Shown: piece by piece, positions 9,890 through 23,987 of the stretch
How positions within the stretch are numbered: the stretch's first letter is position 1
Layout: every line of letters starts with the position of its first letter
The notes under the pieces: model-generated
Databases searched by the model: none
Told to the model about the DNA's origin: nothing
What the model saw: the letters and a program-made list of their open reading frames with translations, nothing else
Translations under genes and position numbers: made by a program
Source: Octopus sinensis
Lineage: Eukaryota
Length of the DNA stretch: 64,000 nt
Direction of reading: 5' to 3'
NCBI RefSeq assembly: GCF_006345805.1
Contig: NC_042999.1
Span: forward strand, 136,214,001 to 136,278,000

Positions 9890-10208
9890 TGTGTGTGGCA
9901 CATTGGTTAAGGGTATTTGGCTTATGATCATAAAGTCATGGGTATGATTCCCGGTGGCTTGCTGTGTTATTGAGCAAGGTACTGTACTTCTCTTTGCTGC
10001 AGTTCACTCAGCTGGCAAAAATGAGTCATAGCTGTAATTTAAAGGGGCCAGCCTTGTCACATTCTCTGTGAGGCTGAATCCCCCTGAGAACTATGTTATG
10101 GTATGCATGTCTGTGGAGTACTCAGCCACTTGCGTGTTAATTTTATGAGCAGACTCTCCCGTTGATCACATAAACAGGAACCTCATTGTCGTAAGTGATG
10201 GAGTGCCA
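9890..10208 (+). mobile_element. tRNA-derived SINE family D (partial second copy at ~10535-10680)
   Basis: tRNA-like head TGGTTAAGGG...GATTCCC, TTGAGCAAGG, CAGCCTTGTCACA, GTCTGTGGAGTACTCAGCCACTTGC. Homologues at 28415-28790(-), 37935-38160, 39197-39445 and 62085-62215. Confidence 0.75.
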
Positions 10209-11535
10209 TTTTAAAAAAAGTGTGAAAGAAAAGGAAATGTTCCATATCGTAAGGCAAAAATGTCATGTGTTAAGTATAAGCAGTGAAAGCTAAGACGAAA
10301 TAATTGCTATTCTGTCATGTAGTGACTTCACCCTGGACTCAAGCTCAGTTTGACTACAACAGCCTGCACATTGGTGTTTATTTGGGGGCTTGACCTCCAG
10401 ATCTGAGAGACCCACAAATGCTGCTGTTAGGACTGGATTAACACCTATAGTGACCCTAACGACTAAAAAGCTTTTCCTGCCCCTATATAGGCTCCTTTTT
10501 CATTTTCTTCCAACTATTTGAAGGTTTATCTTGCTCCAGTCCACTCAGCTGGCCAAAATGCGTTGTAGCTGTAATTGAAAGGGGCTAGCCTTGTCATATT
10601 CTGTGCGAGGCTGAATCTCCCTGAGAAGTACGTTAATGGTATGCATGTCTGTGGAGTACTCAGCTACTTGTGAGTTAATTTTTATCCTCATGTGGTAATG
10701 AAAAGTGAAAGTGACATCTAATATATGCTGTAGTTATTTGTCTTTGATTTAACAATGTGTCTGTATCTATGTATCAACTTTTCTTTTGATCTATGTATCT
10801 ACTGTCTCTCTCACTTTCTCTATTTCTCACTCACTTCCCCTGTGTTTCTCCTCTCCCCCACTTTTAATTAACAATTTATGTATGTATCTATGTATCTACC
10901 TTTGTTTCGATGTATGCATCAGTTTAACTGTAGAAAAGTAACAGTAACATCCACAACTACTTGCTGAGAGACAGAGAGAGTGTGTTAAAGAGAGAGGGCA
11001 GACAGATAGATAGATAGGCAACATTACTTTTTGCAATTATATATTGGCTTTATCATATATCATCGAAAACGGAAAGTTTTCCAGTGTTTTCACTATTATC
11101 CTCTATCTACCCCCTTCCTTCACTCATCTATCTCTCTAAATCTCTCTCTTTTTCCTCCTCCCTCCTCTATGTCTCCTTGCCTCTAACTGTCCTCCTGTGT
11201 TTAACATGTTATATTTCTTGCTTTTAATGTTATATTTTTCTTACCTCTCAGCACTCTATCAATCTTCCACCCTCTCTCTCTCTCTTTCTCTTTCACTCCC
11301 TTTTACTTTCTCCTCTTTCTTGCTTAGCCTCTCACTATACTTCCTCTGCTTCTGTCCTTCTCCTCTCTCCCGCTTGATACCTTTTATTTCTCTTTTTCTT
11401 TGTACCGCTCCCTTCAACCTTTTTACCTCTTCCTTTGAAGTAAGTGTGACACACACCACAGGTACAGGCAAAAACAAACAAAACTAAATATATTAATATT
11501 ATTGATTTTAATATTATTGATTTTATTATTATAAT

Positions 11536-11585
<50 letters not shown>

Positions 11586-12494
11586 CGGTAGAATCAACAT
11601 AAAAACAATACTCCAATCAGTGAGAGATAAATATCAATTTAATACATTATCATGAATGAGCTACTAATAGTTTCATGCTTTTATGATATTCTAAATTGGC
11701 AGATTTATTAAACATGCCACGTATCTCCAAGCAATCTTTCAGGCTCTGTTCATGTGTTAGATTTATTTTAGAATAAGTTCACATGTTCACTATTTGAGTA
11801 ACAAACCTCAAATTACTTTCAACTTACTCTTAAACAGAATTAATCAATACAAGATGAATAAAACTCGATTATTTTTAAATAAATCTAATGATTGAACAGA
11901 ATCTGCAAGATTGCATGCAGATAAATGGTGTTTTATAAATCTGCAAATTTAAAGTATTGTAAAAGCATGAAACTAACTATTAGTAGCTCTTTGTAATTGT
12001 GCATTAAATTGATATGCATGCATGTCTGTATGTATGTATGTATGTGTGCATGTAAGTATGTATGTAGATGTGCATGTGATAATATATATGTGTGTGTGAA
12101 TATATGTATATATGTGTACATATAGATACAAACACACACACACACACACATACACACATATGTTTTAAATTTGTTTATGAGAAATGTTGTGGATATACAA
12201 ATAAATCTCCTGTTCCATTATGCCAGCTACAGTCTAATGATGCTGATGGGTGAACCAGTTTTGGGTGGCTGCACTGAGTTGTGCCAATACAACCTTCAGT
12301 TAAACACCCATTAATTCAATATCGCCTGAACAAATGAATCCATGAAGATGATCTACCCAATGCTAACAGATACGATGGACTACACTGTAATCATCCCAGG
12401 AATATGGACTGTGACCTTAAGAGACATGATTTGTGGAAATGCACATAGTAATGCATTAAAATAAATTCCATCCAAAGATTATTGTCATCATGAT

Positions 12495-12710
12495 CATCAT
12501 CATCATCATCCTCGTTTAATATCTGCTTTCCATGCTGGCATGCGCCAGACTCCAATCTAATCTGACAAGGTTTCTACAGATGGATACCCTTTCTAATGCC
12601 AACCACTCAAAGAGTGTAGTGGGTCCTTTTTATGTGCCACCAGCATGAGAGTAATTCAGGTGGCATTGGCATTGACCATGTTCAAATGGTGCGTTTTATG
12701 TGCCACCCAA
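12495..12710 (-). mobile_element. RTE 3'-tail fragment
   Basis: (CAT)n, then TTTCCATGCTGGCATG...GCCAACCACTC..AGAGTGTAGTGGG. Confidence 0.75.
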
Positions 12711-13851
12711 ACAGATAGGTCAAAATTGTGTTCAGTTGTCAAATTCACATGTTCACTCGCCAAATAATAAACCTCAAATTACTTCAACCTATTCTTATGT
12801 AGAATTAATCTATACAAGATGAATAAAACCTGATTACAACGTGTATAGACCTGACAACATTGCAACAGGTTGAGACTCATCAGAACTGTGATAGTTTCAT
12901 TGCCAGACCAACTAATGCACCTTGCAGTGTGCTGTGTAATTAATGTTATGATTATAACAAATTTTGAGAGATTTTTCTATTCTGTATATCATAGAGCTAT
13001 AGAAACTCTCTTGTCTTTGCTGCAAGAAGCAACAACAATATGAATCAAACATAAAAAACTAATGTATATTACTACCATATGATAGTCTGAACTGTGATTA
13101 GAATAACACACACACACACAGATATATAGATTTCAAATTTTGGCACAAGGCCATCATTTTCGAGGGGAGGAGGTAAGTCAGTTGCATCGACTCCAGTGCC
13201 CAATTGGTACTTATTTTATTGACGAGAGGATGAAGAGCAAAGTTGACCTAGGAGGCATTTGAACTCAGAACATAAACAAACACACAAGGATATATACACA
13301 CACATGCACACATGTACACAAACAGATATATATATATATATACACATGCACATGTATACACACACAGATATATACATACGTAATATAGTTATATACACAT
13401 ACACAGATGTATATGTGTGTGTGTGTGTGTGTGTTATGGGGGAAAGGAACAGTGGTGATTGTTAACCACAACAATTGGCTGTCCAGTCATGGGAAGATGT
13501 GGGCACGTGTCTTTTACTATAACCCTAAGTCAATCAAAGCCATGTGAGTGATTCTGGCAGATGGAAACTAACTCATCTTTTAGCTCTCTCTGTTGTACCA
13601 TTTCATCAGAATATCACTTGCAAAATTTCATCTAATAAGTGCTATCTAGACTATAGAGATGTATAATGCAGATTGAAAGATTTGTGCACCCCAAGGATTG
13701 AGTTTTCCTGTAAGCTAGCATGAACTTGTCATCAAGTGAGCACAATTAAAAAAAGGGCAATTCTGATATTTTAGCAGTTAGAGCTTTTCAACGAAGTTTG
13801 CATTTTCTTATCCCATTAGTTTAAGGTCTGAACCTTTTGAGAATTTTCCAC

Positions 13852-14059
13852 CTGATATTGTAATTTGCACTGAACTCTCTCATTTTCCAAGTAAGATTGG
13901 TCAGTGTCAAGAAAGTATCAGAAGGCATGTTGTGGTGATACAACCTCTGAGTGAAATTACCCTCAACCATACTTATGTCATGCTTCTTCTCAAATGGCTG
14001 ATGTGGTATAGTTGGGGTAACTTTAGTGTCATATAAACAACTGATCCTACATTGTATAC
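13852..14059 (-). other. Weak candidate host exon (unidentified)
   Basis: Acceptor tgctttttaaaccAG, weak donor GTGGAA. Open phase-1 frame IQCRISCLYDTKVTPT...DTFLTLTNLTWKMREFSANYNI. No recognised homology, so it could be chance. Confidence 0.2.
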
Positions 14060-14925
14060 CTGGTTTAAAAAGCACATTTCAATCTTCCAGCATGAAAAAC
14101 TTAGAACATAATGTTTGAATGGCTCACTAGTGGTATTTTCATGAGCAAAGAGCAGCTGTAGCTGATTAAAATAAAAGTTTGTTGAAAATCTTTCTCTATC
14201 TATGATTTATCAAATAATACTTAGCTATAAGGGCCAGAAATTTCTTACCTACATTAGTTTTAAGATTTAAGGAGAAAGAGACCTGAACCAAATGATTTTC
14301 CTGGGTCCATGAGGGCTGTGCATTGAAACTCACTAAAACTTCTTTCTGTGAGGAGGGGGTTAGAAATTCTGTTCATATTTTTTATCAAATTTCTAAAAAC
14401 TATAAGAACTAAGAGGAGTATTTATTTTTGATAACTTGGTTCCTCAATAGCTTTATGGAATGGTCTGTAAATATCTGATTCTAAGCTAAGTTAGACATCT
14501 AAGAAGTTTACATTAGGAAAATTGGTAGCTGCAGTAGTTTTAAATGCTAAGGTATAGAATGTAATGAGAATCTATATAAAGGCAACTAGAGTATGACTGT
14601 CCTTATGATATGATACTTAGTATATTCAGAAGCTGGAGTTAATGAATTTAATCTTTAATAGGGTTAGTATATTTGCATATCTATAAGCTTGCAATCATAT
14701 GAACCCATACTGATGCTGGAAAAGCCTGTAAGTTCTGAGAAATGTCTAAGGACTGGGACATGAAACTTTGAGTAGCAGAATATGGCAAACTGGAAATATA
14801 AACCTGTATATTAAAACTTTACTTTACCTTAGCTACTGAGTTTCTTTATTTTATTACTATATATATATAATCGCACTTATACACTGCTAACTTTGTATGC
14901 ACACATACATACACACATACACAAA

Positions 14926-15008
<83 letters not shown>

Positions 15009-15876
15009 CTTTATAGCATTCTATTTTGGTATATGTACTGCTGAATATACACATGTGTGTGTGTATGTGTGTGAACATATGTATGTATGAATATTCAGCT
15101 AGCTTTCTGGATATGATATATTTCTTTACATGTATTATGTTTGTGTGTATAACACAGATATTTCACACATAAAAAATGTCTCATATATATATTCACATGC
15201 TCTCACACACACATATTCAGGAGCATGTATATAAATATATAGTAACAGTCCAACCCATTACTTGCAGTTGGTTTGTTATTTTTTCTCCCAACAATGTGTA
15301 CTTTATACAGTAAGAGCAGAAGCAGACTGACACAAGAACAGTTGCTATTTAAAAATGTATTTCTCTACCGCTTCCTACTTACATTTGTATTTCTAACAAC
15401 AGTTAGTTACTAAAACTGCAGAGCCAAATCTAGACTGAAACAGCCACACCCAATATCCACCATCCACAGTTAAATGTTAACAGATGGAGTCAACTCGTCT
15501 CTTTTATATTAAATAATTATTTCCTGCAGTGCATAAAGACTAAAGACAACACTTTAGAAGCACTTAGCTAAAACTGACGGAAGTATGACAACAGTGCATG
15601 CCTGGTACTCATTGCATTGGCTACTGAGAAATGTGTTTTTTTTTTAGTCAGAAGGGGAGGAGATAATCCATGACATTTCTAGGCCTTCCTAGAATGAAAT
15701 AGATGCTTACTTAGTCTGAACTAACAAGCTAGGTAAAAGCAAGTCTGAGAAACTAGAAAGTGTAAAATAATGGTTGTGATTGAGAAAGACACTGATGTTT
15801 TTGTTGGTAACAAGGGTTGTTTTTCTTTTACTATTACAAAAGGTAAACTGTATGAAATGTGTATAAGAGAGAAATG

Positions 15877-16295
15877 TGATGTTACAGAATACTGATTTGA
15901 AATTTTCATACAAGACCAGCAATTTCAGGGGAGCGGGTAAGTTGATTACATCAATCTCAGTACTCAACTGGAACTTATTTTATCAAGCAGAAAGAATGAA
16001 ACACACAGTTGACCTCTGTGGGATTTGATTTCAGAACATTAAGACAGACAAAATGCTCGATGCACTAACGATTCTGCCAGCTTGCCACCTTGATGTTACA
16101 AAATACTGGTTCCAAATTTTGGCACAAGACCAGTATTCAGCTGGTACTTACTTTATTGAGTCAAAAGAATGAAAGACAAAGTTGACTTTAGCAGGATTCA
16201 AACTCTTGAACTCAGAATGTTAAGATGGACAAAATGCTGTTCAGCATTTTTCCTGGCATGCTAATGATCTACCACCTTGATGTTACATAATACTG
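15877..16295 (-). mobile_element. Two tandem SINE family B copies bracketed by three copies of an 18-bp host sequence
   Basis: TGATGTTACA(G/A/T)AATACTG at 15877, 16091 and 16278, with a SINE B body in each interval. Confidence 0.8.
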
Positions 16296-16911
16296 ATATA
16301 TGGTATTGAATGCCGACAATCTGTGCAGACTGAGTCATTAGATTGGTAATGTCAACTTGTATCATTAACGGAGAAGTATAAGCAAAGTGAGAAGGTTTCA
16401 AGTTTAAAGTCATCAGTAGCAGAAGGATGGCAACACTTGTATAGAAAAGTGACATGAATTGACAATGAATATGTGTTGAAGTGCCATGTGCTGACAATAG
16501 AGGGTACTATTAGATGACAAGGGTAATGTGAATATGTGGGCCTTACAGATAAGATAGAAAATACTGAAATAAGTGGTAACAGATTGCATTGCATACATGT
16601 CTACTTGTCTTATTCATGACTACATATAAAGATAGTCACTAAAATAGAATAAAAATTATGATTCTCACACACACACACACACATACACGCTATCTTTCTC
16701 TCCATGCATGCATACACACACACACACACACACACACATACATACATAATTACAGATTAGATTCAGAGATTCTCTGTATATAAGATACTTAGTAGTGCTC
16801 AAAAGATTCAATCTTAAACTCCGATGTCTTTACAGGGTCTCATTCAAAAAGGTAAAGAAAGGCTATAAGAGGGATCAAGTTTATCTGCATAATTGTCTCT
16901 GTACATACATA

Positions 16912-17199
16912 TATTGGGTCAGCCCATAAATAATTCGGTTCTTCAATTGCATGAACTAAAAGTTGGAGGAGGATGGGATAAACTACCTTCATCAACTTGC
17001 TATAAAAGCAGATAGTAATCATTTGGATGGAAAAAGTATGACTTTTGGAAGAGGGGGCTCGAAAGTCTACCAGATAGATGGAAAAGCATTGTAAGAAAAC
17101 GAAAGAGAATATATTTTAGATTAAAAAAGAACTTTGTCTTAATTTTGAAAACTAAAAGAAGTATAAAAAAAAACACATTATTTATGGGATGACCCAATA
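16912..17199 (+). mobile_element. Internally deleted mariner (MITE-sized)
   Basis: TIRs TATTGGGTCAGCCCATAAATAAT / ATTATTTATGGGATGACCCAATA. C-terminal transposase remnant DFWKRGLESLPDRWKSIV. Confidence 0.85.
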
Positions 17200-17813
17200 T
17201 ATGGATGCTGGTATAGCTGTGTGACTCCGTCGTATGTGGTTCTGCATTTGATACCACTTCACATCATCTTAGGCAAATGTCTTCTACAGTAGCCTTATTG
17301 AGTAGAATTTGGTAGACAGAAACTGTACAGAAGCCTGTTGTGTATGAACCATCATCTTTTTTATGACTTTTTTTTCTTTTTTTCCACTCTCTCATGAGTT
17401 GGATTTCTTGAGGTAATATTCAATGGATAGATACCCTTCTTGATATCAGCAGATAGTTTTGTAAATAAGGTACTTCATTCTAATGTTCTTTGCACATCAG
17501 TCACCAAACTATGGCTTATTGTTTTTGTAGGACATAACAAAATGTCACTACTGCCCAACTGGTGTGTGTGTATATATATATATATAGGTGTGTGTGTATA
17601 ATAAAGAAGAGATATTGAATCTGTGAGTGTGTTATTATTATTGGTGAAATGACTCTCCCAAGGTACAATAAAATTTGTTTCAACACACAAATTCACATCA
17701 AGAATCTTGCTAACCAAATGCAAAAATGAAGTATATATGTGTGCATAGATCCCGTCAAACCATCCAAACTATGCCAATACAAAAAGTGGACATTAAATGA
17801 TGACAATGATATA

Positions 17814-18209
17814 TCTTTATATATAAAAGTAAGGTTGTGTGCTGTCTGTCTCCTACGATTTAGATTCCTAACTACTCCCACATTTTGCGGTGCAGTTTAA
17901 CCAAAACAGGGTATCTTATAGTTGTGATTCATATCGAGCCCTTCTGGGTATTAGCGTGTGTCTATGATGAGTCTACGATTTTAAAAAGAATTTACCATTA
18001 ATTTTTCCCATTTTTAATGCATTTTTGGCATATATAAGGGAAGTAACTCTCTAAAAATTTATTATTAAATCTCAGAGTGTAAAAAGCTACAGTAACACCC
18101 CGCCTTTGTGGTTAGCCATATTGAGATGGCTATTATACTTTACATCTCTAAAAATGCTTATATAGTTATTTCCCTTACAAACCCGAGCAACGCCGGGCGA
18201 TACTGCTAG
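17814..18209 (+). mobile_element. Non-autonomous Helitron
   Basis: 5' TC (TCTTTATATATAAAAG), 3' hairpin CCCGAGCAACGCCGGG followed by CTAG, inserted between A and T. Confidence 0.8.
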
Positions 18210-18224
18210 TATATATATATAGGA

Positions 18225-18374
18225 ATAGATATTGCTGTATGACAAGAAGCTTGCTTCCCAGCCACAGGGTCCAGTCCCACTGTCTAACACCTAGGCCAAA
18301 TGTCTTCTACAATAGCCTTGGGCTGACTAAAACCTTGTGAGTGCACTGGGTAGGTAGAAACTAAAAGAAGCCCA

Positions 18375-18413
<39 letters not shown>

Positions 18414-18630
18414 TTTGTGTTTGTGTCAGTGTCCCCACTACCACTTGACAACTGGTGTTAGTGTGTTTATGCCCCTGTAACTTAGTGGTTCGGCAATAGA
18501 AGACTGATAGAATAAGTACCAGGCTTAACAAAATTAAATACTGGGGTTGATTCATTTGACTAAAAACCCTTCAAGATGATGCTCCAGCATAGCTGGAGTC
18601 TAATGACTGAAACAAGCAAAAGAATAAAAG
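18225..18630 (+). mobile_element. SINE family A (degraded head, (TG)n, 3' module)
   Basis: Homology to 1-385. Confidence 0.8.
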
Positions 18631-19232
18631 ATAAATGATATATGTATAAGATACATGGGAGATGACTAAACTAGTATCAAGATGTAACATGACTTGACAA
18701 AGAACACATTTTAAAAAGGAATCATGTACTGTGAGTTGAAAATACTGGTTAAAAGAGGAAAACTGAGGAAGATATGGGAAGCTATGGTGAAGTGAAATCT
18801 CAGGATGCTGGGCTTCATGAATAAGATGACAAAGAATCATGACAAGCAGCAATGAACTGCATACAAGGTTAAACAGGTCTAGAATAGTAGATTTACAGAG
18901 TCTTCAAGACAGAGAGAAAACCTACATTATTGGCAGAAATAAGCACTGTTGAACTGCCTTGCTAACCAATGACATGTAATATATAAGTTAGAGAGAAATG
19001 AATTCACAAAAAAAAAACCCCACAACAACAACAAACCAATGATAAATGTATTGGATTTGCTGAAGCATAGCTTCAGGTCAGGTAGGCATAAATCCAATAA
19101 CAAATGTCAAAGGTCAAAGTATGTGTGTTCATAAATATATACATTTATATATATGCATTATATATATATGTGTGTGTGTGTATGTATACATATATACACA
19201 TCATATATACATGATATATATGTCTGCCTACG

Positions 19233-19288
<56 letters not shown>

Positions 19289-19920
19289 ACAAAAACATGC
19301 ATAATATGAAGGATGTCTACAAAACAAAATATATCAGGAAGAAAAATGAAAAATATAGTTGGTTAAGACAGCTGAGAATTCTTTTTTTTACAATGTTTTC
19401 TGTATATTCTACCATAAAAATCTCTTCCAACCACTCTCTTCAGAATTGTCAATTGATCACTGATAACTAAATGAGATTAACTGAAACCTATTTCTGACAG
19501 TTAAGTGAACTGAGATAATGTAGAAAAATGTGCTTCATACCAGATTTTTGTTTTTTTCTGGAAAAAAGTCTGGAAGAAATAGGAATGTACCTATAACCTT
19601 CAGTGTTGTCTGAGACTGACAAAATCAAATCAATGTTGTTACCAGCTCACTAAAACTGATGCAGATTGCTGCAGGAAAGATATGTGCAGAGAGAGAATTC
19701 CAAAAGGCTGACATTCTGGGAACACAATTCTGGGAATAGTGATTTTATCTTGGTACCAGGGGGAAGAATATGAGATGTTTTGGTACAGCTGTTTAGGTAT
19801 TGCCTATTTAATGTTGCTGATTTCAACACTGACATATTTGATATCAAATGTTTCAATGTTTCTCTTATTTTAATATCTTCTCTCATATAGGGTGGCAAGC
19901 TGGCAGAATTGTTAACATAG

Positions 19921-20344
19921 ATGTAGGAGTGGGTGTGTGGTAAGTAGCTTGCTTATGAACCACATGGTTCCGGGTTCAGTCCCACTGTGTGGCACCTTGG
20001 GCAAGTGTCTTCTACGATAGCTTTGGGTTGACCAAAGCCTTGTGAGTGGATTTGGTAGACGGAAACTGAAAGAAGCCCATTGTATATATATATATATATA
20101 TATATACAAGGCGGCGAGCTGCCAGCAAAGTTAGCATGCCAGGTGAAATGCTTACCAGTATTTCATCTGCCGTTATGTCCTGAGTTCAAATTCCGCCAAG
20201 GTCGACTTTGCCTCTCGTCCTTTCGAGGTCAATTAAATAAGTACCAGTTATGCACTGGGGTCGATGTAATCGACTTAATCCATTTGTCTGTCCTTGTTTG
20301 TCCTCTCTGTGTTTAGCCCCTTGTGGGTAGTAAAGAAATACGTA

Positions 20345-20420
<76 letters not shown>

Positions 20421-20635
20421 CGTGTGTGTATATGTGTGTGTCTGTGTTTGTCCCCCCAACATTGCTTGACAACCGATGCTGGTGTGTTTACGTCCCCATA
20501 ACTTAGCAATTCAGCAAAAGAGACCAATAGAATAAGTACTAGGTTTACAAAGCATAAGTTCTGGGGTCGATTTGCTCGACTAAAGGCGATGCTCGAGCAT
20601 GGCCACAGTCAAATGACTGAAACAAGTAAAAGAGT
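19921..20635 (+). mobile_element. SINE family A interrupted by a SINE B copy in its internal (TA)n
   Basis: Head 19921-20082, (TA)n, SINE B 20108-20342, (TA)n(TG)n, 3' module ~20440-20635. Confidence 0.85.
20108..20342 (+). mobile_element. SINE family B with alternative 3' tail
   Basis: AAGGCGGCGAGCTG...GAGTTCAAATTCCGCC head, then tail TTTGTCTGTCCTTGTTTGTCCTCTCTGTGTTTAGCCCCTTGTGGG. The same variant occurs at 27985-28199(-). Confidence 0.85.
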
Positions 20636-20639
20636 ATGT

Positions 20640-21060
20640 TGGACACAATGCTTAGCAGCATTTCATGTCTCTATGTTCTGAGTCCAAATTCTGCTATGGT
20701 GGACTTTTCTTTTCATCCTTTTCAGGCTTAATGATATAAGTACTACCAGTTAAACCCTGGGGTGGGGGGGGGTCAATGTAAACGACTTGCTCCCTCCCTG
20801 AAATTGCTGGCCTTGTGCCAAAATTTGAAACCAATATTTTTCTCATACAATGTGGTGAGCTGGCAGAATTATTACTATGTGGGGCAAAATGTTTTGTGGC
20901 ATTTCTTCCTACTTTACATTCTGAGTTCAAATGCCACATGGGTCAACTTTCCATCTTCTGTGGTGGATAAAATAGTACCAGTTGAGCACTGGGGTTAATG
21001 TAATCGACTTACCTCAGCTCACGATATTGCAGGCCTTGTGCTAATATTTGAAACTAGTAT
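20640..21060 (+). mobile_element. Two further SINE family B copies
   Basis: Homology to the other B copies, ending GCCTTGTGC..AATTTGAAAC. Confidence 0.75.
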
Positions 21061-22365
21061 TTCCCTCATACTCTTCCTTCCTCTTGCTATCTCCCTCCAC
21101 CATCTCTCTCTCTATTTTGGTCTTTATATGTGTAAATGAATTTCTCTTTGTGTATTTGAAGAGATGGAAGGTGTTTATGTTAGTCATGTTTAGCTAATAA
21201 ATTGTAACATCTCTCTTTTCCTCTCTCTGTCCCCCTCTCCCTTTGTCTGTCTGTCTGTCTGTCTCTCTATGTGCATATTTCTATCAGTCTCTATTGCTGA
21301 ACTGCTAAGTTGTAGGGATGGAAATGCATGAACACCAGTTGTTAAGTAGTAGATGGATTGGAGACAGACACTGATACAGACATACACACTCAAATATATA
21401 CACAATAGGCTTCTTTCAGTTTCAGTGTGTGTGTGTGTGTGGTGTGTGTGTGTGTGTGTGTGTGTGCGCGTGTGTGTGTGCAGGTGTGTTTGTATGTTTC
21501 CCTCCAGTGTCAAAGATTACTGACACCAATACAGGTTTAATAACCACTCACCTCTGCCAAATTACCAGCAGCCGCACTTAATCCAGACAGCCGCACTTAA
21601 TCATCTCATTCCACCTGAAGAGAGCTGGATAAGATAATGAGTGACCAGTGAGTCTCTGAATGGAAGTGGCAGTAGAGTAGCCATCTATCTCCAAGGAGCA
21701 GAGTTCATTGTAAGTGTGGTTGTAGAATGCAAGGCTAGAATGTGTTTGTGAGTGATTTTATGCCAATCAGTTGAGGTACCTTTCAAACCCAAGGTTGGTA
21801 GGAAATTATCAGATGTTGGAGGGGATGGGCTGCTAATGACCAGATGTTACATGTATATATAAATACAGATATGTACATACACACACACGTTCCCACAAAC
21901 ACACACACACACACAAACACATGTTCACACACACACATACATGCCAAGCTTCTTTGAGTTTCCATCTACCAAATTGATATACAAGGCATTGGTCAACTGG
22001 AGGCTATAGAAGATATATCATGCAGTGGGACTGAACCTACAACCATGTGGTTGGGAAGCAGGCTTCTTACCACTCAGCAATACTGTGCCTATATCTATAT
22101 CTATATATATATATATGTATTGAACTGTTAATCCCTATACATTTTTCTCTGTTTTTTTTCCATTCTCTCTCCATTTTTTCCCTCTCATCTCTTTCTGCCG
22201 ATGAGTGTTGGCTCAAAATGTCATAGACTTCTCCATTTTCCTGAGTGTCAAACTAATACACCTGCTTGTTCTTCCCTCACCTGTCTTCGTCTTTTGCTTT
22301 CTGTAAATTTGAACTATATATATAATATATATATGTGTGTGTATGTGTATGTGTGTGTGTATGTG

Positions 22366-22397
<32 letters not shown>

Positions 22398-22433
22398 TAT
22401 ACATACAATTATATTTATATATATATGTATATG

Positions 22434-22470
<37 letters not shown>

Positions 22471-22488
22471 ATAGATATACATACATAC

Positions 22489-22574
<86 letters not shown>

Positions 22575-22848
22575 ATAGATAGATAGATATAGATACATAT
22601 ATATGCATATACATATACTGATGCACATAAAACCTATACGAATATGCTAGTATACACAATAGCTAACAAACTTGTTGGTGGGGACTGATTGGATTGAAAT
22701 ATTTTCTAGCTCTAAAGAGAAAGGCCAGTCTTTGCGATGCAATCTTTGCTTTGCTAAGGATGCATATGTTTGCCTGCAGAGAATCTCATTATTAGAGACA
22801 ACTACTGTTTGAAGTAAACATGGAGGTTCTTGATATATGTTGCTCAGG

Positions 22849-23068
22849 TTAACCCTTTAGCATTCAGATAACTCTATGAAATCTGAAGCTTATTTATTCA
22901 TATTGTTTTGAATTAATCATACATTATCTCACAGCTTCAAAATTTTGATGATGTGATTAAATATTTATAGAATGACATTGTAGAATAGGTGTGAGAGGGC
23001 AGATCTGTCCAGTTTCAACATAAAACAGGTTGAATATTTGGGCTGGATATGTCAATGGATTAAGGGTA
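22849..23068 (-). mobile_element. TTAA-flanked piggyBac-like MITE (degenerate right end)
   Basis: TTAACCCTTTAGCATTCAG start. The interior is the reverse complement of the 41155-41383 element. Confidence 0.6.
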
Positions 23069-23827
23069 GTAGGTTCAATAATACTTTCTTGACAGGTGAA
23101 GTGATTACATTTTTTTTGTTGTAGAAAGAGGCAAGAGTCATGTAACTTCATTGGTTTTTGTTTGTGCCCAGTTCACTGAATTGAAGTGTAATAGGTTTAA
23201 AAAGTAGGGTACTGTGTAATAGATAACTGTGATAACAGAGCGGATGAATTATGCTGTCAGTTGACCACTGGTAACATTGCAGGTATTCCTGATAATTCAG
23301 TGAATAAAGTAGAGAACAAAATATTCTGCTCAGAAACAATGCAGTGACACCATTGAAGAATAAGAGTAGATAGCTCAATATCTAATATCTAATGTTGCAC
23401 AAGAATAATACATGCTAACCATTAGAGTACATAAAAGCATATTAACCAGTTTCACAAGAATAATTCATTCTAACTATTACGTTATAAAACTGCATTAATT
23501 ATTTACACTACAGGAATATATGTTAAACATTAAACTATATTGCAGTGCCTATGTAGGCTGAAGGTTTCAATAGTACCACATGCCTGGAAGCAACATGTGC
23601 TCTTTTTCTCCAGGCATTCTTTTATAGAACTGTTACAACCTGCAGGGTCAATAACTAAGTTTTACTTTATGGAATCTGAAAACTCCATTAGTGAGAAGAG
23701 GTGAACATTTTAATAAAGCACTACATATACACATACATACATAAACACACACATGAATCTATATATATCTATACATATCTATATAAATCTATCTATCTGT
23801 CTGTCTGTCTGTCTGTTTGTCTATCAG

Positions 23828-23863
<36 letters not shown>

Positions 23864-23940
23864 ATATATATATAAACATGGCTATATATATCTATATATA
23901 TCCCTCTAAAGTCACAAGCACACATGCACACACACACACA

Positions 23941-23987
<47 letters not shown>

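Noticed and set aside
16300-16460. Cys-containing frame with in-frame TGA (possible selenoprotein)
   Set aside because: No SECIS is recognisable, there is no homology, and no exon boundaries support it.
21569-21603. CAGCCGCACTTAATC repeated twice
   Set aside because: A simple ~20-bp slippage duplication with no further structure.
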